Source: Pseudomonadota bacterium
Lineage (GTDB): Bacteria > Pseudomonadota > Gammaproteobacteria > Halothiobacillales > Halothiobacillaceae
NCBI GenBank assembly: GCA_051746865.1
Contig: JBNJFM010000001.1
Coordinates: 75,621 to 139,620, forward strand
Direction: 5' to 3'
DNA: 64,000 nucleotides
Part shown: piece after piece, positions 14,522-24,605 of the stretch
Position numbering within the stretch: position 1 is the first letter of the stretch
Layout: the number at the start of each line of letters is the position of its first letter
Program-made: the position numbers and the translations under genes
The notes under the pieces: model-generated
Databases searched by the model: none
Seen by the model: only the letters and a program-made list of their open reading frames with translations
What the model was told of the DNA's origin: nothing

Positions 14522-15355
14522 TCACCCAAGCGCCACATCCAGCACCATCATCACCGTGAATCCGACCATCAGGCCCATGGTCGCGGAGTCGGCGTTACCG
14601 CTTCGCTGGGCCTCGGGGATGACCTCCTCGACCACGACGAAAATCATCGCCCCGGCAGCGAAGGCCAGCGCATAGGGCAGCACCGGCTCCCAGAACAGCA
14701 CCGCCGCCGCACCGATCACCCCGGCGATCGGCTCAACCACGCCGGAGAGCTGGCCGTACCAGAAGCTCTTGAGCCGGCTCATCCCCTCGCGTCGAAGCGG
14801 CATGGCCACTGCCATGCCTTCGGGAAAGTTCTGTATGCCGATACCCACGGCCAGCGCCACGGCCGCACCGAGACTGGCATTGTCGAAGCCGTAGGCCAGC
14901 GCACCGAAGGCCACACCGACCGCCAGCCCCTCAGGGATGTTGTGCAGGGTGATGGCCAGCACCAGTAGCGTGGTACGTCGCCACGGGGTGGTAACCCCTT
15001 CGGCCTCCTCCATCGGGGCATTCAGGTGCAGATGGGGCAGGATGACGTCTGCTAGGCGGAGAAAGACCGCCCCGAGCAGGAAACCCACCGCGGCGGGAAA
15101 CCAGTCGGGCACGTCCAGGTCGGCGGCCATCTCAATCGACGGGGCGAGCAGCGACCAGTAGCTGGCCGCGATCATGACCCCGCCGGTGAACCCCAGCAGC
15201 ACGTCCAGCAACCGCCGGTTCTCGCGGTCGGTGAAGAACACGGGCAGCGCGCCGGCGGCGGTCATGCCCCAGGTGAACAGGGTGGCGATCAGCGCCTGGA
15301 GCACCGGCGAGGCGCCGACGAACGCGTCGATGGGAGAGAGCAGCCATTCGGGCAT
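14522..15355 (-). CDS. ZIP-family zinc/metal permease
   Basis: Multi-TM protein with [10 protein letters not shown] and QNFPEGMAV motifs, which are ZIP signature helices. The ATG at 15355 overlaps the upstream stop (TGATG). A GTG at 15358 is also possible. Confidence 0.8.
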   Translation of the reverse strand: MPEWLLSPIDAFVGASPVLQALIATLFTWGMTAAGALPVFFTDRENRRLLDVLLGFTGGVMIAASYWSLLAPSIEMAADLDVPDWFPAAVGFLLGAVFLRLADVILPHLHLNAPMEEAEGVTTPWRRTTLLVLAITLHNIPEGLAVGVAFGALAYGFDNASLGAAVALAVGIGIQNFPEGMAVAMPLRREGMSRLKSFWYGQLSGVVEPIAGVIGAAAVLFWEPVLPYALAFAAGAMIFVVVEEVIPEAQRSGNADSATMGLMVGFTVMMVLDVALG

Positions 15356-16020
15356 CACGTCGTGGTACCCCGTGCTGCCGGATCGAGCAGCCGACTGCCT
15401 GCCTCACCCAGGCCGATCACCGTGATGCCGCCCTCGATCTGCGCCTCGTAGTCGTGATGATGGTGTCCGTGCAGCACGGTGTGGACACCCATTGCCCGGG
15501 CCAGCTCCCCCAACACCCGGAACCCGTTCGGATGCGATTCGGGGGCCTCGTGGAGCACCAGGATGTCGGCCGACTGGTTCGACAGCGCCTCCCACTCCGC
15601 CGGCCAGATCGCATCGCGAAGGCGACGTGGAAGGCCGCCCCGCCAGCGGGATCCCTTCCCGGTCGCGGCCAGCCTCTCCTCGCGGCTGGCATGGATCGGC
15701 TCACCCCGTCCGGGGTACCACACCTTCTGCTTGAACACCCCGCCGAGCCCGGCGACCCGCAACCCGGCCATCGGAACCACCCGGCCATCGAGCGCAGGAT
15801 GAACACTGTCGAAGAGAAAATCGTAGGCGTCCTCCTCGATATCGTGATTGCCGTGAATCCAGTAGAGCGGCACGTCGACGCCGTCGAGCATCTCCTCAAG
15901 GGGGCGATCAAGCTCGTAGTCGCCCAGCAGGATCACGGCATCGGGAGATTCACGCTCGATGTCCGCACGCAAGGGCGCAAAATCCCCGTGCGGATCGGCA
16001 TGGAAAAGCAGCCTCGGCAT
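15355..16020 (-). CDS. metallophosphoesterase (calcineurin-like)
   Basis: [13 protein letters not shown]...VILLGDY...WIHGNHD...VLHGHHH, the ordered metallophosphoesterase motifs. Confidence 0.75.
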   Translation of the reverse strand: MPRLLFHADPHGDFAPLRADIERESPDAVILLGDYELDRPLEEMLDGVDVPLYWIHGNHDIEEDAYDFLFDSVHPALDGRVVPMAGLRVAGLGGVFKQKVWYPGRGEPIHASREERLAATGKGSRWRGGLPRRLRDAIWPAEWEALSNQSADILVLHEAPESHPNGFRVLGELARAMGVHTVLHGHHHHDYEAQIEGGITVIGLGEAGSRLLDPAARGTTT

Positions 16021-16034
16021 GGTTCGCTTGTCCT

Positions 16035-16382
16035 TCAGGTCTCGGCCGCCAGTCGATCGGTGCGCGCGGCCATGATGAAATCGTTGCGGTGCAGCCCGCG
16101 AATCTTGTGGCTCCACCAGGTCACGGTCACCCGGCCCCACTCGGTGTGCAGCGCGGGATGGTGCCCCTCGGCTTCGGCGATCTCGCCGACGCGATTGGTG
16201 AACGCCAGTGCATCGGCGAAATCGTCGAAGGTGAAGGTGCGCTCCAGTTGGCGCACACCGTCACGCGTGAGTACCTGCCATGCGGGATCGATCTCCGCAC
16301 GCAGTGCGTCGATCTGGTCGTCGTCCAACCGCGGTGCATCGGCGCGGCAGGCCTCGCATCGGTCGCTTGCCAGTCCGGTCAT
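16035..16382 (-). CDS. phhB: pterin-4-alpha-carbinolamine dehydratase
   Basis: 115 aa. F.F.DF..A..F...V...AE...HHP......W..V...W.TH pattern ([24 protein letters not shown]). Confidence 0.85.
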   Translation of the reverse strand: MTGLASDRCEACRADAPRLDDDQIDALRAEIDPAWQVLTRDGVRQLERTFTFDDFADALAFTNRVGEIAEAEGHHPALHTEWGRVTVTWWSHKIRGLHRNDFIMAARTDRLAAET

Positions 16383-16507
16383 GGCGCAATCCCTGTGTTT
16401 ACGGTTCATATACTTCTAGCCTACGACAACTGTCCGCTCCGAACCGGAGATGTTAGCTTGATAGCCACCTATCGGGTGGTACGGGAAACATAATACCGGG
16501 AGGTCTG

Positions 16508-17404
16508 ATGAACGAACTGCAAGCCCACCGCCGCCAGGGCCTGATCCTGATGGCCGTGGCCGTGTTGACCATCCCGGTCGCCGACACGGCCGCCAAGTGG
16601 CTGTCGACCACCCTGTCGGTGGGCGAGATCGCCTGGTTCCGCTTCGTCTTCCAGACACTCTTCCTGCTGCCCATTCTCGCGGCCCAGCGATACATCGGTC
16701 GTCCGACGCGCGATCACCTGTGGCTCGGCGCGCTGATCGCCGGCGCGATCCTCTTCCTGTTCTGGGGACTGGCCCATCTGCCCCTGGCGAACAATATTGC
16801 GCTGTTCTTCGTCGAGCCGCTGATCCTGGTGATCTTCTCGGCGGTGTTCCTCGGCGAGCGCATCACGGCCCGGCGCTGGATCGGCGTGCTCGGCGGTCTT
16901 GTCGGCGCGATGGTGATCCTGCGCCCCAACTGGAGCGCCTACGGGCTGGCCTCGTTGTTCCCGCTGGCCTCGGCCACCTGCTTTGCAGCCTACCTGACCG
17001 TCACCCGTGCGCGCATTCGCACGCCCAGGCCCCGCGACGCCCTCGCCCTGCAATGCTGGGTGGGCGTGGCCGCCGCCATCGTGATGGGCGTGTTCCTGGT
17101 CGTCGGCGGCGCGGGCGACTGGCCCATTGCCGAGTGGCACCGACCCACGGGCTGGAACTGGGCCTGGCTGGCCGCCGCCGGCGGACTGGCGGCCTTCGCC
17201 CACGTCCTGATCGCCATGGCCTTCGCCCGGGCCGATGCCAGCCTGCTCGCCCCGCTCCAGTACCTGGAGATCTTCGGCGCGACGCTGCTCGGCTGGCTGG
17301 TGTTCGGGGACTGGCCCGACGCGCTCACCATCCTCGGCGGGCTGATCATCATCGCGGCCGGCATCGTGGTCGTCCGCGAGAAACCGGTCGACACGCACCC
17401 CTGA
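16508..17404 (+). CDS. DMT-superfamily (EamA-like) transporter
   Basis: 298 aa with about 10 TM helices in two EamA-like halves. RBS GGGAGG lies before the ATG. Confidence 0.8.
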   Translation: MNELQAHRRQGLILMAVAVLTIPVADTAAKWLSTTLSVGEIAWFRFVFQTLFLLPILAAQRYIGRPTRDHLWLGALIAGAILFLFWGLAHLPLANNIALFFVEPLILVIFSAVFLGERITARRWIGVLGGLVGAMVILRPNWSAYGLASLFPLASATCFAAYLTVTRARIRTPRPRDALALQCWVGVAAAIVMGVFLVVGGAGDWPIAEWHRPTGWNWAWLAAAGGLAAFAHVLIAMAFARADASLLAPLQYLEIFGATLLGWLVFGDWPDALTILGGLIIIAAGIVVVREKPVDTHP

Positions 17405-17433
17405 TCGAACCATGTCCCGGTTCCAGAAGCCGA

Positions 17434-17458
17434 GAACCCCGCCTGGGTGACGGGGTTC
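17434..17458. terminator. GC-rich hairpin between convergent genes (weak terminator candidate)
   Basis: GAACCCCG-N9-CGGGGTTC between the DMT transporter stop and the fba stop. There is no clear T-run. Confidence 0.3.
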
Positions 17459-17489
17459 CGTGCTCGAATCCTCGGAGGACGAAGCCGTT

Positions 17490-18533
17490 TCAGCCGGGTT
17501 CCATATCCGCGCTGTACTTGCCCAACGTGGCCAGACCGTTGAACTTCGCCCGGGTAAAGGCGAGTCGCTGCGCCTCCTCTGTGCGGCCGGAATCACCCTT
17601 CCAGTAATTCATGGCCGGCCCCTGGATGGCCCGGGCATAGGAAAAGGACAGCGGCCAGGGCAGCCGGTCCTCGTGGCGCTGGTGCATGGCGTTGAGGTGG
17701 GCCGTGGCCTCCTCAACGCCCTGCCCGCCGGAAAGGAACACCACCCCGCCGAGGGCGGCCGGCACGGCACGTCGCAAGGTCTCGACCGTACGGTCGGCGA
17801 CTTCCTCGACCCCGGCCCGGTCGGGTGCCTCCTTGCCGGAGATCACCATGCTGGTCTTGAGAATCGTGCCTTCGAGCATGACGTTCTGGTGGTAGAGCTG
17901 GTGGAAGACCTCGTCGAGCGTCTCCTCGGTAACCCGCTCGCAGGTGGCGATGTCATGGTCGCCGTCGATCAGAACCTCCGGCTCGATGACCGGGACCAGT
18001 CCGCCTTCCTGGCTGAGGGCCGCGTAGCGCGCCAGGGCGTGTGCGTTGGCCTCGATGCAGGCACGGGTCGGCCGGCCGTCGGCACCGATGGTGATCACTG
18101 CACGCCACTTGGCGAACCGCGCGCCCATCTCGTAGTACTCGGCGAAGCGATCACGCAGCCCGTCGAGGCCCTCGGTAACCTTTTCTCCCGTGGACCCCGC
18201 CAGCGGCTTGGCACCCTTGTCGACCTTGATGCCCACGATCTGGCCCCGCTCGCGCAGCACGTCGACAAACGGCTTGCCGTCGGTGGTCGACTGGCGAATG
18301 GTCTCGTCATAGAGGATCACGCCGCTGATGTACTGCTCCAGGTCCGGGATCGTCAGCAGCAATTCACGGTATTCCCGCCGCTTCTCGTCGGAGGGCTCGA
18401 TGCCTGCGGCCTTGAAACGCTTGTTGGCGGTGGGGGTGCTCTCGTCGGCCGCGAGAATCCCCCTCCCCGCGGCGACCATCGCCTGCGCAGTGCGGATCAG
18501 TTCGTCGGCATGGTCGGGTCGATACGTCGTCAT
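17490..18533 (-). CDS. fba: class I fructose-bisphosphate aldolase
   Basis: GILAADES..T..KRF and LEGT.LKTSMV-type motifs, with the Schiff-base Lys region. The ATG at 18533 is preceded by AGGAGG. Confidence 0.9.
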   Translation of the reverse strand: MTTYRPDHADELIRTAQAMVAAGRGILAADESTPTANKRFKAAGIEPSDEKRREYRELLLTIPDLEQYISGVILYDETIRQSTTDGKPFVDVLRERGQIVGIKVDKGAKPLAGSTGEKVTEGLDGLRDRFAEYYEMGARFAKWRAVITIGADGRPTRACIEANAHALARYAALSQEGGLVPVIEPEVLIDGDHDIATCERVTEETLDEVFHQLYHQNVMLEGTILKTSMVISGKEAPDRAGVEEVADRTVETLRRAVPAALGGVVFLSGGQGVEEATAHLNAMHQRHEDRLPWPLSFSYARAIQGPAMNYWKGDSGRTEEAQRLAFTRAKFNGLATLGKYSADMEPG

Positions 18534-18670
18534 CGGGCACCTCCTGTGGCTGTGATGCGTGCTGATGGGCACCCACTGAACATAGTCGGAAGATCCCCGC
18601 ACGTTCAAGCCGGTAGCCGGGGGCACCCTCGACGACGGGCGCATCGCCACGGATCGAGCAAGCGGTCGAT

Positions 18671-19456
18671 TCAGCCTCGACCCGCCTCCCGGGCCCGACG
18701 CACCGTCTCGTAGGCCTGCTGGATCTCCTGGCTGCGTTCCTTGGCGATCTCCACCATGGAGTCCGGCAGGCCCTTGGCGATGAGCTTGTCGGGATGGTGC
18801 TCGCTCATCAGCCGCCGATAGGCCCGCTTGACCTCGGCATCACTCGCCGAACGCTCCACCCCCAGTGCCTGGTAGGCGTTATCCAGTGCCTCGGCGGTCG
18901 ACGGCGCACCCGGCCCCTGGTGGTAGTGTCCTGCCAGCAGGGCCTCCAGCCGGGCGAAGTCGGACTCGGAGACCCCCAGCTGCCGGGCAATGCGCAGCAA
19001 CGCCTCGCGCTCGCCCGGATCGACGCGCCCGTCGGCGAAGGCCACCTGGATCTGGATCTCGAGAAACACGCGCAGCAACGCCGGCTGACTGCCACAGACC
19101 TGCCGGAAGCGCCGGATGGTGTGATCGGGGTCGAAATCCGCTGCCTTGCCCCGGTTGAATGCCCGGATCGCCTCGCGGCGACGCGCCTTGGTCAGGCGCA
19201 TCTGGGTCATCACCGCCTCGGTCGCACGGATCTCCGCCTCGGAGACACGCCCGTCCGCCTTGCTGACGAAGCCCAGCGTGCTGAAGGTGGTCTCGAAGAA
19301 GCTCTGCTGAACCTTCAGCAACTCTCCGCCAACCCGCTTGACCCGTCCCAGGAACCGGTCAACGAGGTGGCCGAGCACCAGACCGATACCGGCTCCGACC
19401 CAGCCGAACAGCCAGGCGCCCAGCCCCGCCCCGATGATCTTTCCGATCGGTAACAT
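18671..19456 (-). CDS. djlA: co-chaperone DjlA (TM helix + TerB-like domain + C-terminal J domain)
   Basis: N-terminal Gly-rich TM helix. C-terminal J domain AYQALGVERSASDAEVKRAYRRLMSEHHPDK. Confidence 0.85.
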   Translation of the reverse strand: MLPIGKIIGAGLGAWLFGWVGAGIGLVLGHLVDRFLGRVKRVGGELLKVQQSFFETTFSTLGFVSKADGRVSEAEIRATEAVMTQMRLTKARRREAIRAFNRGKAADFDPDHTIRRFRQVCGSQPALLRVFLEIQIQVAFADGRVDPGEREALLRIARQLGVSESDFARLEALLAGHYHQGPGAPSTAEALDNAYQALGVERSASDAEVKRAYRRLMSEHHPDKLIAKGLPDSMVEIAKERSQEIQQAYETVRRAREAGRG

Positions 19457-19496
19457 TCCTCAATCCTTCCGCATGACAAAAACGTCCGCGGCGCAA

Positions 19497-19772
19497 TCAG
19501 CCACGAACCAGCACCGCCCCGGCCGGCACCCGGTGCTGCAGGTAACGACAATCCCCGGGAGGCGGCTGGTCACCCGCCGAACGTTCCGGGTACCAGATCC
19601 GGCACTTACCCGGTGGCGGCATCTGCCCCTGCGGGATCGCCACCGCGCCTCGCGACGGGTCGCCTCCCGGATGGACGACCGTCACGGAGACGCCCCGGTC
19701 CGCTGCGGTCATGGCACAGCCGGCACTCACCAATGCCAGTGCGAGGACGGCGAGGATGCGCGCCGCTTTCAT
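19497..19772 (-). CDS. small lipoprotein, hypothetical
   Basis: MKAARILAVLALALVSAGC lipobox. Its ATG overlaps the stop of the upstream symporter gene (ATGA). 91 aa. Confidence 0.5.
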   Translation of the reverse strand: MKAARILAVLALALVSAGCAMTAADRGVSVTVVHPGGDPSRGAVAIPQGQMPPPGKCRIWYPERSAGDQPPPGDCRYLQHRVPAGAVLVRG

Positions 19773-21148
19773 CGCGTGCTGTCCTCCCTGTCGGCCCGGG
19801 CGAAATACTCGCGGGTAATCGCGAACACCGTACCCGACAGCGCGATCAACGCGATCAGGTTGGGAATCGCCATCAGGGCGTTGAGGATGTCCGCCATCAG
19901 CCAGATCAGCTCCAGGTTGGCGATCGCCCCGACGAACAGCGCGGCGACCCAGAGATACCGGTAGGGCAGGATCACCTTGACGCCGAACAGGTACTCGGCG
20001 GCCCGCTCGCCGTAGTAGCTCCAGGCAACGATGGTGGTGAAGGCGAACAGCACCAGTCCGACGGTGACCACCCAATTGCCGCCGCCGAGGCTGTCAGCGA
20101 AGGCCGCGGAGGTCAGTGCCGCCCCGCTCTCGCCGGTGGTCCACACCCCGGAGAGCACGATCACCAGCGCGGTCATGGTGCAGACGATGATGGTGTCGAT
20201 GAAGGTCCCGAGCATGGCAATGGTGCCCTGGCGGACGGGGTCGTTGGTGCGTGCGGCCGCGTGAGCGATCGGCGCCGAACCCAACCCGGCCTCGTTGGAG
20301 AAGATCCCGCGCGCGACACCGAAGCGGATCGCCGCCCAGACCGCCGCCCCGGCAAAGCCACCGGTCGCCGCCGTCCCGGTGAAGGCATCCGAGACGATCT
20401 GCGCCAGCGCCGCCGGCACGTCGGCAATGTTCATCAGGATGATGACCAGCGCCACGGCGACGTAGAGGATCGCCATCGACGGCACCAGGTACTCGGCCAG
20501 ATGCGCGATCCGGCGGATACCGCCGATGATGACGACGAACACCAGCACGGCGAGCACCAGGCCGGTAAGCCACGCCGGGATGGCGAGATTGGTCTGGAGC
20601 ACGTCGGCCACCGAGTTGGCCTGCACGGTATTGCCGATGCCGAAGGCGGCGATCATGGCGAACAGGGCGAAGGCCGCGCCCAGCCATTTCCACTTCGCGC
20701 CCATGCCGTTCTTGATGTAGTACATCGGCCCGCCGACGTACCGGCCTCGCTCGTCGACCTCGCGGTAGCGCACCGCCAGCACCGCCTCGGCGTACTTGGT
20801 CGCCATGCCCACCAGGGCCGTCAGCCACATCCAGAAAATGGCGCCGGGGCCGCCCAGAGCGATGGCGGTCGCCACCCCGGCTATATTGCCAGTGCCGATG
20901 GTGGCCGAGAGTGCCGTGGCCAGCGCCTGGAACGGCGTGATGTCACCCCGGTCCTCGGCATCCGCGTGCCGGCCGCGAAAGAGCTGGCGGAAACCATAGC
21001 CCAGCCGCCGGATCGGCATGCCACGCAACCCGGCGGTGAGATACAGGCCCGTACCCAGCAGCAGGGCCAGCATCACCGGCCCCCAGACGAAGCCACTGAT
21101 TCCCCCCAGGAAATCCTTGAGCCCCTCGATCGCTCCACTCGCTTCCAT
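19769..21148 (-). CDS. alanine/glycine:cation symporter (AGCS) family transporter, copy 1
   Basis: [41 protein letters not shown] is the AGCS signature. About 459 aa from the ATG at 21148. Confidence 0.9.
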   Translation of the reverse strand: MEASGAIEGLKDFLGGISGFVWGPVMLALLLGTGLYLTAGLRGMPIRRLGYGFRQLFRGRHADAEDRGDITPFQALATALSATIGTGNIAGVATAIALGGPGAIFWMWLTALVGMATKYAEAVLAVRYREVDERGRYVGGPMYYIKNGMGAKWKWLGAAFALFAMIAAFGIGNTVQANSVADVLQTNLAIPAWLTGLVLAVLVFVVIIGGIRRIAHLAEYLVPSMAILYVAVALVIILMNIADVPAALAQIVSDAFTGTAATGGFAGAAVWAAIRFGVARGIFSNEAGLGSAPIAHAAARTNDPVRQGTIAMLGTFIDTIIVCTMTALVIVLSGVWTTGESGAALTSAAFADSLGGGNWVVTVGLVLFAFTTIVAWSYYGERAAEYLFGVKVILPYRYLWVAALFVGAIANLELIWLMADILNALMAIPNLIALIALSGTVFAITREYFARADREDSTR

Positions 21149-21280
21149 CGTTGATCCTTCTTCGTGTTTCCGTGAATCGAACGTGACAGAGCATGCCACA
21201 GCCGCACCAAGAGCCACAGAGGGCCTCCGAACAACGTGCTAGTCTCGATTCATCGATCACAGGACGAGACGAGAGCAACG

Positions 21281-23662
21281 ATGCCGCTGCCATCCCCCCT
21301 TCCCGCAAACGAACTCTACCGCCCCTGCAAGACCGAACGGCTGGACTTCGAAACCACCGCCGAGCTCGAGCCGCCGGAGGCGCCGCCGGGACAGGACCGC
21401 GCCCTGGAGGCGCTGGAATTCGGCACCGAGATCGAGGACGGCGGCTTCAACGTCTTCGCCCTGGGCTCCGTGGGCACGGGCAAGTACCCGGTGGTGCGCG
21501 ACTTTCTCGAGCAGCGCGCCCGGCGCGTCGAGCCACCCTCGAGCTGGGCCTACGTCTACAACTTTGAGAACCCGGACCAGCCGACGCTGCTCGAATTGCC
21601 GACAAAGGCCGGCCGGGCGCTCAAGGAGGATCTCGAGACACTGGTCAACGAGTTCCGAACCGCCATCCCCGCGGTGTTCGAAAGCGACGAGTATCACAAC
21701 CGGGTCCAGGAACTGCGTGAAACCTTCAAGAACCGCCAGCAGAAGGCGATCGCCGAGGTGAGCAAGGAGGCCGAGGAGAAGGACGTCGCCATGGTGAGCA
21801 CACCCACCGGCTTCACCCTCGGCCCCTATCGCGACGGCAAGATCCTCGACCCGGACGAGTTCCACAAGCTCCCCGAGGAGGAGCGCAAGAAATGGCAGGA
21901 GGCAATCGACGAGCTCGAGGAAAAGCTCAAGCAGGCCCTCCAGCAGATCCCCAAGTGGCAGAAAGAGGCGCGCGAAAAGCTTCAGGAACTCAACGAGGAG
22001 ATGCTGCGGGTGGCCGTCGGCCAGCAATTGCAATCGCTCGAGGAGCACTGGCACCACCTGCCCGAGGTGTCGAAATACCTGACCGCCATCCGCGATGACA
22101 TCATCTCGCACGTCAACGACCTTGAGGACGAAGGCAGCACGGTCCCCGAGGAACTGCTCAACCAGTACCAGCTCAACCTGATCGTGGACAACGCCGATCT
22201 CGAGGGCGCACCGGTGGTCTACGAGGATTTCCCCACCCACGCGCGGCTGATCGGGCGGATCGAGCACTACTTCCGCGAGGGGGCGCTGCTGACCGACTTC
22301 CGACTGATCCGATCCGGGGCTCTGCACCGCGCCAACGGCGGCTACCTGATCATCCACGCCCGGCAGGTGCTGATGCAGCCGTTCGCCTGGGAGACGCTCA
22401 AGCGGGCGATCTACGGCAGGCAGGTCCGCATCGAGTCGCTCGAACAGATGTACGCGGTCTTCACCACCATCACGCTCGAACCCGATCCGATGCCGCTGGA
22501 CGTGAAGATCGTGCTGATCGGTGACCGGCTGCTCTACTACCTGCTCTCCGAGTACGATCCGGACTTCTCCAAGCTGTTCAAGGTGCAGGCGGACTTCGAG
22601 GACAGCCTCGACCGCTCGGCCAAACACGAGATGGACTACGCGCGCACGCTGGCCGCCCTGGCCAAACGTGACCGCCTGCGGCCGCTGGCTCGCTCGGCCG
22701 TGGGCCGCAGCATCGAGCACGCCAGCCGCCGTGCCGGCGACCAGGAAAAGCTGGATGCCGGCACGCGCCCCATGGCCGACCTTCTTGCCGAGGCGAACCA
22801 TCTGGCCGAGCGAGACGAGGCAGACACCATCGGCGAGGAGCACATCGAGCAGGCCATCCGGCGCCAGGAGCGCCGCGCCGAGCGTCTGCGCGAACGGGCG
22901 GTGGAGGCCATCCTGCGCGACACCATCCGCATCCCCAGCAGCGGCGAGCAGGTCGCCGCCGTCAACGGACTGGCCGTGACGCAGTTGGGCGACTTCCATT
23001 TCGGCCTGCCCACCCGCATCACGGCCACCGCCCGCCCCGGCCGCGGCCAGGTGGTGGACATCGAGCGGGAGGCCAAGCTCGGCGGCAACATCCACAGCAA
23101 GGCGGTGATGATCCTCTCGCGCTATCTCGGCAGCCGCTATGCCCCGGAAGGCGAACTCTCGCTGTCGGCCAGCCTGGCCTTCGAGCAGCTCTACGGCACG
23201 GTCGACGGCGACAGCGCCTCGGTGGCGGAACTCTGCGCACTGGTCTCCGCGATCGCCCGGATCCCGCTCCACCAGTCGCTCGCCGTGACCGGCTCGATGA
23301 ACCAGCTCGGCGAGGTCCAGGCGATCGGCGGGGTCAACGACAAGATCGAAGGCTTCTTCCGCATCTGCGAGAAACGCGGTCTCGACGGCGAACAGGGCGT
23401 GCTGGTGCCACGCAGCAATCTTCCCCACCTGATGCTCGCGGAGAACGTGCGCGACGCGGTGGCGGACGGCCGGTTCCACATCTACCCGGTCGAGCATGTC
23501 GACGAGGCCATCGCCCTGCTCACCGGAAGGCAAGCGGGGCAGGCCGATGTGCAGGGACAGTTCCCCGCCGGCAGCGTGAACCGCCTGGTCGTCGACCGGC
23601 TGGCAGCTTTCCATGCCGCCACCAGCCATCACGACGACAGCTCGCCGAACGGCCATGACTGA
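21281..23662 (+). CDS. Lon-like (S16) protease with AAA+-like module containing a long coiled-coil insertion
   Basis: N-terminal P-loop-like GSVGTGKY. A charged helical insertion of about 200 aa. ANGGYLIIHA region. C-terminal Lon protease domain with DGDSAS (Ser) and GGVNDKIEGF (Lys). Confidence 0.85.
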   Translation: MPLPSPLPANELYRPCKTERLDFETTAELEPPEAPPGQDRALEALEFGTEIEDGGFNVFALGSVGTGKYPVVRDFLEQRARRVEPPSSWAYVYNFENPDQPTLLELPTKAGRALKEDLETLVNEFRTAIPAVFESDEYHNRVQELRETFKNRQQKAIAEVSKEAEEKDVAMVSTPTGFTLGPYRDGKILDPDEFHKLPEEERKKWQEAIDELEEKLKQALQQIPKWQKEAREKLQELNEEMLRVAVGQQLQSLEEHWHHLPEVSKYLTAIRDDIISHVNDLEDEGSTVPEELLNQYQLNLIVDNADLEGAPVVYEDFPTHARLIGRIEHYFREGALLTDFRLIRSGALHRANGGYLIIHARQVLMQPFAWETLKRAIYGRQVRIESLEQMYAVFTTITLEPDPMPLDVKIVLIGDRLLYYLLSEYDPDFSKLFKVQADFEDSLDRSAKHEMDYARTLAALAKRDRLRPLARSAVGRSIEHASRRAGDQEKLDAGTRPMADLLAEANHLAERDEADTIGEEHIEQAIRRQERRAERLRERAVEAILRDTIRIPSSGEQVAAVNGLAVTQLGDFHFGLPTRITATARPGRGQVVDIEREAKLGGNIHSKAVMILSRYLGSRYAPEGELSLSASLAFEQLYGTVDGDSASVAELCALVSAIARIPLHQSLAVTGSMNQLGEVQAIGGVNDKIEGFFRICEKRGLDGEQGVLVPRSNLPHLMLAENVRDAVADGRFHIYPVEHVDEAIALLTGRQAGQADVQGQFPAGSVNRLVVDRLAAFHAATSHHDDSSPNGHD

Positions 23663-24497
23663 ACCGGGCGCCATCGTCGTCCTGCTGGATACCTCGCCGG
23701 CGAGCGAGGCCGCGCTCTCGGCCGCCGCCCGGATCGCCCGATTCCGCGGGCTGGAACTCGTGGGCCTGTTCATCGAGGAGCAGGATCTGATCCGCTCGGC
23801 CTCTTATCCCTTCGCCCGCGAAATCAGCTTTCTCTCCGGCACCAGTCGGCCGTTCGACAGCGAGATGCTGCGGGGACGACTCGACTGGCAACGGCGGCGG
23901 ATCGAACGGCGACTGGCGGAAGAAGCCGCCCGCCACGCGCTTTCCTGGCGACTGCAGGTGGAGACCGGCTCGGTTGCCGAGGCACTGGCCTCGGCCGGAC
24001 TCAATGCCGAACTCCTCCTGCTGGGCAAGGCCGGCTGGTCACATGGCCGGGGCGGACGGCTCGGCTCGACGGCCACGGGCCTCATCGGCGGCTCGGCAGC
24101 CACTCTCGTGCTCTGGGAGGGGGGCCCCGCGCCCGGCAGCGGCGCGATCACCGCGCTGATCACGGATGACGCCACAGCACCGGCGATCCTGGCCGTGGCC
24201 GACACCTTGGCCGCGGCAGCCGACCGCAGCCTGCATCTGCTGTTCATCCCCGGGGTCGATCCCGGCGTCGAGCGCGGACTGCTCGATGCCCGCCGTGAGG
24301 CAGCCACGGCGACCACGGTGGAATATCTCGACTCGAACCGCCTGACGACCCTCGCGCGCAGCCTGCGCCACCGACCCGGCGCCGAACTGGTGATCGCCCG
24401 GTCGGCCACCCGGGCCTTCGATTGCCGTCTCGAGGAATTGCTCGTTCTGAGCGAAGGGCCGGTGGTCATCGTCTCTACCGGGGAAAACACCGGCTGA
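23655..24497 (+). CDS. tandem universal-stress-protein-like (USP/adenine-nucleotide-alpha-hydrolase-like) protein
   Basis: IVVLLDTSPASEAALSAAARIA...LLLLGKAG...GSTATGLIGGSAATLVL resembles a UspA domain. The second half is a weaker repeat. Its ATG overlaps the Lon-like stop by 8 nt. Confidence 0.5.
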   Translation: MTEPGAIVVLLDTSPASEAALSAAARIARFRGLELVGLFIEEQDLIRSASYPFAREISFLSGTSRPFDSEMLRGRLDWQRRRIERRLAEEAARHALSWRLQVETGSVAEALASAGLNAELLLLGKAGWSHGRGGRLGSTATGLIGGSAATLVLWEGGPAPGSGAITALITDDATAPAILAVADTLAAAADRSLHLLFIPGVDPGVERGLLDARREAATATTVEYLDSNRLTTLARSLRHRPGAELVIARSATRAFDCRLEELLVLSEGPVVIVSTGENTG

Positions 24498-24605
24498 CCC
24501 GCCCCCCGCGGGATGCGGATGGCGCCATCCGATTCATCGCCGGATGCCGGATGGCGTAAGATGCCAGCTCATCGACTCCACGCCGAACGGCAACGAAAAC
24601 ACTCC

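Noticed and set aside
16383-16507. A Zur box upstream of the phhB-metallophosphoesterase-ZIP gene string (GGAAACATAATACC near 16483..16496).
   Set aside because: It matches only half of an AT-rich Zur-type palindrome, and no dyad partner is present. It cannot be supported without a PWM scan.
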